From an uncultured delta proteobacterium (GTDB lineage: Bacteria; Desulfobacterota; Desulfarculia; JACQYL01; CAWGVV01): 64,000 bases of DNA. The notes beneath the pieces are model-generated. The model saw only the letters and a list, made by a program, of their open reading frames with translations, was not told the origin of the DNA and did no database searches. The stretch lies in NCBI GenBank assembly GCA_963821845.1, contig CAWGFI010000006.1, positions 513,478 to 577,477 on the forward strand, written 5' to 3'. Below are positions 56,831 through 64,000 of this stretch, piece after piece (positions within the stretch are counted from its first letter, which is position 1; every line of letters begins with the position of its first letter). The position numbers and the translations under genes were made by a program.

Positions 56831-58822
56831 TTACATGAAGTAGTCGAAATCGCGTTCAGTGCGTACGCGGCGTCTGAGCCGGAAGATATGGGCCGGCATA
56901 ATCCGTGGATCTATTTCCACATAGTTTCCGGCGCCGTGCCAGAGATACCGGGCGTCGCTCAACAAGTCATGGACCTGGAAAGTCTTGGTCGGCTCCAGTC
57001 CCCATTCATCGAGGGGAAGTTCCAGCCAGCCCGAGTGCGTATAATGCAGATCAAGGTTTACGATCACCAGGATGATATTGGAATAATCCTCGGAGTGTTT
57101 GCTGTAGCAGATGAGCTGTTCATTATCGATGGAGTGGAATTGCAGGCTCAAGTCACCCTGAAGCGCCGAATTTTCCTTGCGTATCCGATTTATTCGCCCG
57201 ATGAGCGCCTTGAGGTTGTCCGGGCTCTTGATATTCCATTGCTTGATTTCGTATTTTTCGGAATTCAGGTATTCCTCGCTCCCGAATTCCTTGGGCAGGT
57301 TGTCCCCCAACTCAAAGGCAGGGCCGTAAATACCATAATTGGCGCCCAGCGTGGCCGCCAGAACCAGCCTGGTGACAAAGGCCGGCCGGCCTCCTATCTG
57401 GAGGAATTCGGTCAGGATGTCCGGCGTGTTCGGCCACAGGTTGGCCCGGAAAAACTCGCGCGCCTCCCCAAGATAGAGTTCAGTGAAGTATTCGGTGATC
57501 TCCCATTTGGTGTTGCGCCACGCGAAATATGTGTACGACTGCGTGAATCCGAGCTTGGCCAGCCGGTACATAACCTTGGGCCGGGTAAAGGCCTCGGCCA
57601 GAAAAATAACGTCGGGATAATCCCGTTTTACTTCCCCGATCACCCACTCCCAAAAGCTGAAAGACTTGGTATGAGGATTGTCCACCCGGAATATCCGCAC
57701 TCCCTGATCGATCCAGAACAGAAAAATGGATTTCAGTTCTTGCCACAGTTCCCGCCACTGATCGGTCTCAAAATTGATGGGATAGATGTCCTGGTATTTC
57801 TTGGGGGGATTTTCGGCGTATTGAATGGCGCCATCGGGCCGCTTGCGGAACCATTCGGGATGCTCCTTCACATATGGATGATCCGGCGTACACTGAAAAG
57901 CGATGTCCAACGCCACCTCAATACCGCTCTCCGCGGCTTTGGCGACTAGATTGCGGAAATCATCGAGCGTTCCGAGTTGCGGAAGGACCGATTTGTGGCC
58001 TCCCTCATCCGAACCGATGGCCCAGGGGCTGCCGGGATCCTCGGGAGACGCCTGCGCGGAATTGTTTTTTCCCTTGCGGAAGGTGTGGCCTATGGGATGG
58101 ATGGGCGGCAGATAGAGCACGTCGAAACCCATCTGAGCGATATAGGGCAACCTGGCTTCGCAATCCTTGAAATCGCCATGCTTGCCGGTCTCTTTTGCGC
58201 AGGATCGGGGGAACATCTCGTACCAGGCGCTGCAGCGGGCTTTGGGCCGGTCCACGACCACCTGCAGCTCTTTTTCATACAGCGTGGCGAACCGTCTGTC
58301 CGGGTAGCGGGCCATCAGCAAAATCAGCGCTTCGTCCTGGACGACACTCGCCGCGCCTTCGGCGGTTTGAGCGTTTTTTAACTCTATCGCCCATTCCTCC
58401 AGCTTTTTGGCGTCCGCCCTCGATGCCCGCAACAGGGCGTCTTCGATGAGACCCGCTCCGATCAGGATATCCACGGCTACGTCCTGACCGGCGTCCACTT
58501 TTTTGATCAGGTCGCCCCGCCAGGTTTTGAAATGATCCACCCACGCTTGAAGCGTATACACGTAGCGTCCGATTTCGCGCGCCACGAACGAACCCGCCCA
58601 GCGATCATTGAGGAGAAATTTCAGGGGCGTTTCGGTCCATTCGGGCTCGTCCTCCCTGCGGTATAAAAGCGACGCGGAGAGAGAATCGTGGCTATCGGCG
58701 AAGATATCCGCTTCAACCGTGATTTTTTCACCGGTTGTGCGCTTAATGGGATAGCGGCCGCCGTCGATCTCCGGCTTTACCCGCTCGATAATGACTCGTT
58801 TTCTGTCTTCCAAAGGCAGCAT
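56831..58822 (-). CDS. glgE: Alpha-1,4-glucan:maltose-1-phosphate maltosyltransferase
   Basis: 663 aa, intact. Starts with RVIIERVKPEIDGGRYPIKRTTGE (GlgE domain N). GH13_3 core blocks are GFDVLYLPPIHPIG, GIRIFRVDNPHTK and IFLAEAFTRP. Confidence 0.9.
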   Translation of the reverse strand: MLPLEDRKRVIIERVKPEIDGGRYPIKRTTGEKITVEADIFADSHDSLSASLLYRREDEPEWTETPLKFLLNDRWAGSFVAREIGRYVYTLQAWVDHFKTWRGDLIKKVDAGQDVAVDILIGAGLIEDALLRASRADAKKLEEWAIELKNAQTAEGAASVVQDEALILLMARYPDRRFATLYEKELQVVVDRPKARCSAWYEMFPRSCAKETGKHGDFKDCEARLPYIAQMGFDVLYLPPIHPIGHTFRKGKNNSAQASPEDPGSPWAIGSDEGGHKSVLPQLGTLDDFRNLVAKAAESGIEVALDIAFQCTPDHPYVKEHPEWFRKRPDGAIQYAENPPKKYQDIYPINFETDQWRELWQELKSIFLFWIDQGVRIFRVDNPHTKSFSFWEWVIGEVKRDYPDVIFLAEAFTRPKVMYRLAKLGFTQSYTYFAWRNTKWEITEYFTELYLGEAREFFRANLWPNTPDILTEFLQIGGRPAFVTRLVLAATLGANYGIYGPAFELGDNLPKEFGSEEYLNSEKYEIKQWNIKSPDNLKALIGRINRIRKENSALQGDLSLQFHSIDNEQLICYSKHSEDYSNIILVIVNLDLHYTHSGWLELPLDEWGLEPTKTFQVHDLLSDARYLWHGAGNYVEIDPRIMPAHIFRLRRRVRTERDFDYFM

Positions 58823-58865
58823 CGGCTCCGGCCCCTCTCGATGTTTCTCGTGCTTGCTTCAGACG

Positions 58866-61800
58866 TTAATATCCCAGAAGGCGCTGGATCCCCGTTAAAG
58901 GAATGACAATCCAGTCCGGACGGTTGTTCAGGTCGTAATCGAGTTCGTAAATTGCCTTTTCCAGCATAAAAGCTTTCAAAAGCACATCCAGATCCTCCCG
59001 TTTCCTGGGGAAATAATCCGCCCCATTCGCCGCATCCAGATAAGCCTTGAGGTAGATTCCTCCCACATACTTGTACCAGAGGTCTCCGGCCTGCTCCAAC
59101 CACTGGAGCGCTTCCGGCCTGAGCGAAACACGGTTGGAAACGGCCTGGAGCGCCCGGTGAATGGCGTAATGAAAGGATCTGATCATTCCGGCCACGTCCC
59201 TGAGAGGCGATAACTTCAGCCTCCGTTCGCTCAGTGAGCGTAAGGGTTCTCCCTCAAAATCGAAAATGACAAAATCATTCCCGGTGTACAGCACCTGATC
59301 CAGATGAAAATCCCCATGGATTCTGGTTCGGAGCGCGGATATCTTTCTTCCCAGAAGCCCTTTGAATTTCGCCAGAATCTCCTGCTGAAGTCCCAGAATT
59401 TCCAGAGACTGTTCCCGAGCGTTCTCCGGCAGGGATTTGACGCTTTTTCGAAGCGTACCGAAGACCCGTTTGGTCAGGCTCTGCATGGACTGGTACAGAG
59501 ATCGCTGGTACAGCAGCGAAAACGGCTCCGGCGTGAACTTCCGGTTTCCTCCTGCCGACGTGAGCGCCCTATGAAGCTCCGCTGTCCGCTTCCCCAGGAT
59601 GGTGATCATCTCCAGATATAATCCCCCGGTCAGCTCCTGAAAAAGCTCGGGCGTTTCCTCGATATCCATGGCCATGAAAGACGAGTATGCGTCGGGTTCG
59701 CCAAGCTCTTCCGCGTCGGGTTCCGTAGTGTCGGCGCCCGTGCCCGCGAAATCCGGCAGCTCCCGCATCTCGTCTTTTCGCTCCAGCACGCGCTCGAAGT
59801 ACCTGTTCCGCCGTATTGACGGTGTAGTTCCACGCGGTCCCCTGGTTGGGCACGTAGGCCTGCAGAATGCCTAACCCCATGGGATCGGCTCCGGGACGCC
59901 GGTACTGGACCGCTCCCGCGAATCGTGGCACGGCGTCGAATGAAATCTCCTCGGTGAGGAACCTCCCCAGCTCTATGTCCGGGTTTTCCCCCTCGTCGAC
60001 TCGCCTGAACAGTTTGAAATGGAGGTCCCTTCCATACACAAAGGAGGTGTTTCGCTGTGTTGATTCAAGAACTTCCGACTTTTCCATCAGCGCGTTCTTG
60101 TCCTTGACTCCTTTCAGAAAAGGCCCCGCGTAGCCGCTCACCTGTCCCTGCGGACCGGATAGGGTTTTGCGGCCCATAACGAGCTGGAGCAGAAGCTTAC
60201 GGAATTCTTCATCATAGGCGGAATCATAGAGCACGCCGTGCTCCTGGCCTTTCAGATTGGCCACAATGGATTGGGGATACGTCTCTGCGACCGCGGCGGC
60301 CTGTACACCAGAAACCAGGGAAAGCGGCAATAGATAGATCTTGGGAAGCCCCTCGAAGAAATTGACGTTCAGAACAAGCAGATGGATGTGGCCGTCCCTG
60401 CCCATGGGAATATCTTCCGAAATCTGGCAGTTTCTTATTCTGCGGGTGGTATGAAGGAACCATTTGCATCGCTTGATAAAAGCGGGGAGTAGCTCCTTTT
60501 CCAGTTTCTCCTTCTGGGTCTTCTGCATAACCCGGTCCCACCGGCTGTCGGCGTACAAGTCCCGCGTGTCTCGCGCTTTATCGGTCGAAACCGTCTCGTC
60601 TTCCTTCTGAATCAAAAGCCAGAAGTAGTCGTAAAAGCCCAGCGTGAACACATAGGGGGCTTCCGTGATGAGAGGGAAACGGTTCTTGCCGAACACATCC
60701 TCCAGGAAGCGTCCCGCGTAGGGGGAAAGATCCAGTTCCGCCACCTGGGAGTAGCGGGAAAGATTAACCAGGACCAGTATTTCTTCGTTTTCGTAACTCC
60801 GCACAAACGCCAGAACGCGAGGATTTTCCGGGTGCAGGAAGGTGATTTGCCCCCTGCCGAAGGCCTTGAAATTTTTTCGCATGGCGATCAGCCGTTTCAT
60901 CCACCACAGAAAAGAGCCGCTGTTGCGCTCCATATTGGCGACATTGACCGCCTCATACCGATATTCCGGATCGGTGATCACCGGCAGATAAAGCTTTTGC
61001 GGGTTGGCCTTGGAAAACCCGGCGTTCAGGTCCGCCGACCACTGCATGGGCGTCCGGACACCGTTTCTGTCGCCTAGATAGTAATTGTCGCCCATCCCGA
61101 TTTCGTCCCCGTAGTAAATTACCGGAGTTCCCGGCAGGGATAACAGGAGGATGTTCATCAGCTCCATTTTTCTGCGGTGATTCCCCAATAAGGGCGCCAG
61201 ACGCCTGCGTATGCCCAAGTTGATTTTGGCCACAGGGTCCCGAGCGTACACCCGGTACATGTAGTCCCGTTCCTCATCGCTCACCATTTCCAGGGTCAGT
61301 TCGTCATGATTCCGCAAAAAAAGAGCCCATTGGCAGCCATCGGGTATGGCGGGAGTCTGATCCAGTATGTCGATGATCGGGTAGCGGTCTTCCATCCAGC
61401 AGGCCATGAATATCCGCGGCATCAGCGGAAAATGAAACGCCATGTGGCATTCGTCGCCTTTGCCGAAATAGGCCACCGCGTCCTCCGGCCACTGGTTGGC
61501 TTCCGCCAGGAACATCCGGTTCTGGAACTTGTTGTCCACATGGGACCGGAGTTTTTTCAGGAACTCATGGGTCTGGGGCAAGTTCTCGCAGTTGGTTCCT
61601 TCCCGCTCGAAAAGGTAGGGGATCGCGTCCAGCCGCAATCCGTCCACGCCCATATTGAGCCAGTGGTCGAGGACCTTGAAAAGAGCCTTCTGCATCTGAG
61701 GGCTGTCAAAGTTCAGGTCAGGCTGATGGGAATAGAACCGGTGCCAATAATAGGCCTTGGCCACGGGGTCCCAGGTCCAGTTGGAGGCCTCGAAATCCTG

Positions 61801-62265
61801 GAAGATGATTCGGGTGTCCTGGTACTTGTCCGGAGAATCGCTCCAGACATAGAAATCCCTGGCCTTGGTACCGGGCCCGGCCTGCCTGGCTGTTTGAAAC
61901 CAGAGGTGCTGGTCGGAAGTATGGTTTATCACCAGTTCCGTGATGACCCTGATTCCTCTGGCGTGGGCTTCCCGCAGAAACTCCTTGAAATCGTTCAACT
62001 GACCGAACGCGGCGTGCACCCCGGTATAATCGGCGATATCGTAACCGTCGTCCTTCAAGGGAGAAGGATAAAAGGGCAGGAGCCAGATGACGGTGATACC
62101 CAAGTCTTCTAGATAGTCCAGCTTTTGGGTCAGCCCCTTGAAATCACCAATCCCGTCCCCGTTACTGTCGAAAAAGGTCTTTACATGGAGTTCGTAAACG
62201 ATAGCGTCCTTGTACCAAAACGGATCATCATCCAATACGGCGCCTCCGTCTCTACGCTTTATCAT
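58866..62265 (-). pseudogene. treS: Trehalose synthase-maltokinase fusion (TreS-Mak), one frameshift near 59.79 kb
   Basis: The TreS GH13 domain (FWYKDAIVYELHVKTFFDSNGDGIGDFKGL..., GVDGLRLDAIPYLFE) plus the Mak N-domain are in ORF 59569..62265. The Mak kinase core (RIHGDFHLDQVLYTGNDFVIFDFEGEP) is in ORF 58866..59789. Confidence 0.85.
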
Positions 62266-62712
62266 GATTGAAATCCTCTTGAATCCAGGCCAATAAGCTC
62301 CTCACTCGAAAATCGATTGGCGCGCATCATGATCGCGATCCGCTCAATTCGCATAATTATAGATTAACACATTTTCCGGTCATTCAACGCCAATCATGAC
62401 CTTAACTCAATAAGGAGACGTATATAAGCCCCCTATCGTTTTGATATTTTTAAAGATATAAGGAATCATTTTCTTGATTGCCCGACCTTGAGCCTCTGCG
62501 GCGGCTCTACTATCTCTACTAAGGGAAGGGCAGACTAGACCGGATATTCTAATCATGTCCTGATATCTTAATATAAATTAATACTCGAGGATCGGACCAT
62601 TGGGTCTTTCATGTATTGGGTTAGGAAAAAAGCGGTATGAATCGGATATATTTGAGGTAAATGTTCAATTTCGCGCTTACATGGTTTCTGGGAGTTCCCA
62701 GACCTGAAATCC

Positions 62713-62925
62713 CTAATTTATTGTGAAAACGTTTCTATACCCCCCAATCTTCGGGATTACTTCTCTCAACCTCATTTTTTGGCCGAATAGCGTTGATGCG
62801 AGCTCATTTAGATAATTAAGATCTATTATTGAATAAGTACGCTGTTTGGTCCAACTTTTGCCCCTTTTCTGACCACAAAGTCTTTCGTATACTATCTCGC
62901 CTTTGATGATGTGGGCATAAGTCAA
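62713..62925 (-). CDS. Hypothetical small protein in the AT-rich island edge (possibly a frameshifted remnant)
   Basis: 70-aa ORF. An overlapping 41-codon ORF (MKTIVIDLCPHH...) begins at about 62950 in another frame. No family recognised. Confidence 0.25.
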   Translation of the reverse strand: MTYAHIIKGEIVYERLCGQKRGKSWTKQRTYSIIDLNYLNELASTLFGQKMRLREVIPKIGGYRNVFTIN

Positions 62926-63220
62926 TGACGATAGTTTTCATTTTTGTCATACAGTGGGGTCAACCGTCCCTGGCTGTATCGGAGCGGTGCGGATCGCGGT
63001 CGGAGAGCGCTGTCAGAAATTTGACTCGAGAAATTTGAACTGTTGGCGCCCCACTCGAGAAAATTGTTCATCGGTAAAAGCTATGGGTTTTAGGTACAAA
63101 CTCAACCCCGAATGAAGTCCTTAGCTCTGCACACTCTGCACAGATGAATTATAAAATCTGGTGGATGGTAAACGATCGTAATTTCAGTACGTTACAGTTA
63201 AATATTTCTTCTGGAAATTA

Positions 63221-63366
63221 TGAATGGGGTTCAGGGGGGCGGAGGTTCAAATCCTCTCGTCCCGACCAAATTTTAAAATGACAAGAGCAGGTTCGGAATA
63301 GCCGGACCTGCTCTTTTTTTATTGGCTCGGCCTAAAGGTAGCCTACTTAGGCTGAACGCCGCATTC
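63221..63366 (+). repeat. Right direct repeat (attR-like): orphan 3' 48 nt of tRNA-Pro + terminator hairpin + flank
   Basis: tgaatggggttcaggggGgcggaggttcaaatcctctcgtcccgacca matches tRNA positions 30-77 with one mismatch. It is followed by the hairpin AGAGCAGGTTCGG/CCGGACCTGCTCT + T7, then attggctcggcc...ctgaacgccgcattc. No 5' tRNA half precedes it. Confidence 0.75.
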
Positions 63367-63384
63367 AATGCGCCCACGATCTTA

Positions 63385-63783
63385 TTACGCCGTGGGAGTG
63401 GATACCTCGCCATCCTTGATGGTTATGTCCTGTCCTGTCTTTATGGCCTTGACTGGACTCTCGTCAAAGGAATCCAGTATGGGGATATCGATGACCAAGG
63501 CGCATTCACACAAAATAGGGTCGGCGGTTTCGCACAGAATCGCCGCGGGCGCCTTACCCGCCTGCATGGCCTGGTAGGCGATAAACGGCGCGATGGTCCC
63601 GCCTTTCCCGGTGGGGATCACCAGGATTTTTCCGGCGACGCCGGTTCCGTTCAGGGGGTGGCCGTCCATTACCAGAGTCCCGGTGGCGGCGTCGAAATCA
63701 CCGATAAAAGAAAAAGGAGTTTCCAGAACCACGACCGTTCCGGCCGCCGCTCCCCCGTTGATGATACGTCCCTTGAGTTTCAT
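63385..63783 (-). CDS. Aconitase X swivel-domain protein (DUF126, AcnXS)
   Basis: Lies in ORF 63385..63825. I prefer the Met at 63783 ([11 protein letters not shown]...), which overlaps the upstream stop (ATGA). Contains PFSFIGDFDAATGTLV, GKILVIPTGKGGTIAP and APAAILCETADPIL. Confidence 0.75.
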   Translation of the reverse strand: MKLKGRIINGGAAAGTVVVLETPFSFIGDFDAATGTLVMDGHPLNGTGVAGKILVIPTGKGGTIAPFIAYQAMQAGKAPAAILCETADPILCECALVIDIPILDSFDESPVKAIKTGQDITIKDGEVSTPTA

Positions 63784-64000
63784 GCCCGGTCCTCCCATTT
63801 TCCTCCGGTGATAACGTCCACGCACTGTTCCATGTCGCCCACGAGCACTTTCACCGCTCCCTTGGTGAGCCGGGAACAGCCTTCGTTTCTATTTTCTCGG
63901 TTCCAATTGGAGACGGCGAGTGGAGCACGTCGGCGCCAAGGAATCCCTGGATCAGGAAGGGCCTCTTGTTGTGTAGGGTTAGTGCGCGAACCCCGAGCGA
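63780..64000 (-). CDS. Aconitase X catalytic-domain protein (DUF521, AcnXL), C-terminal part only (gene continues beyond the window; possible frameshift)
   Basis: Minus-strand translation ends ...[33 protein letters not shown], with the stop overlapping the DUF126 start. The assignment rests mainly on the conserved DUF521-DUF126 gene pairing. Confidence 0.45.
   Translation of the reverse strand, partial: ARGSRTNPTQQEALPDPGIPWRRRAPLAVSNWNRENRNEGCSRLTKGAVKVLVGDMEQCVDVITGGKWEDRA

Noticed and set aside
1-64000. CRISPR arrays, rRNA genes, retron/DGR reverse transcriptases, restriction-modification or other defence cassettes
   Set aside because: No regularly spaced direct repeats were seen. No cas, RT, methylase/endonuclease or ATPase-nuclease gene signatures appear in any frame. 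The only repeats found are the att-like repeat, short REP-like hairpins and a 9-bp x3 tandem.

Overview
This is a 64-kb window from a GC-rich bacterial chromosome. The gene content looks like Desulfobacterota or Deltaproteobacteria, but that is inference only.

Layout:
- (1) 1-28.7 kb is core-like DNA. It holds a partial FadL-type porin, an ArsR + DsrE-like pair, a GlcD-like FAD dehydrogenase + LarA-like racemase pair, and a TetR-AcrA-AcrB-OprM type RND efflux operon in which only the outer-membrane gene is intact. It also holds fdhD, a dpaL-AEC permease operon, nfo, TetR-iorAB with a shared 18-bp palindromic operator, and the origin-proximal housekeeping string rsmG-mnmE-jag-yidC-yidD-rnpA-rpmH. 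rpmH is missing from the ORF track.
- (2) tRNA-Pro(GGG) lies at 28730-28806.
- (3) About 28.76-63.37 kb is bounded by an imperfect direct repeat of about 150 bp. The repeat comprises the 3' 48 nt of the tRNA plus its terminator hairpin and flank, and a truncated integrase lies next to the intact tRNA. I read this as a degenerate tRNA-anchored genomic island of about 34.5 kb.
- (4) AcnX (DUF126/DUF521) genes follow the right repeat.

Island cargo is thematically coherent:
- an OpuB/OpuC-type betaine ABC importer;
- an orphan AsnB-like amidotransferase + 414-aa SAM methyltransferase pair;
- a corrinoid-dependent quaternary-amine demethylation module (two divergent non-Pyl MttB paralogues, a corrinoid protein, a pterin-binding methyltransferase and a stand-alone MetH-activation-domain protein);
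- metK-ahcY bracketed by two paralogous MarR genes;
- MarC and a large MscS-type channel, in an AT-rich nested patch with IS481 and isochorismatase debris;
- a complete GlgE alpha-glucan/trehalose pathway (glgM, glgB, mak, glgE, treS-mak).

Many accessory genes carry frameshifts, while the housekeeping block has none. Whether these are real pseudogenes or assembly indels cannot be decided from the sequence alone.

No CRISPR array, rRNA gene or recognisable defence system was seen. Many long ORFs in the track are antisense shadows of real genes in GC-rich DNA.
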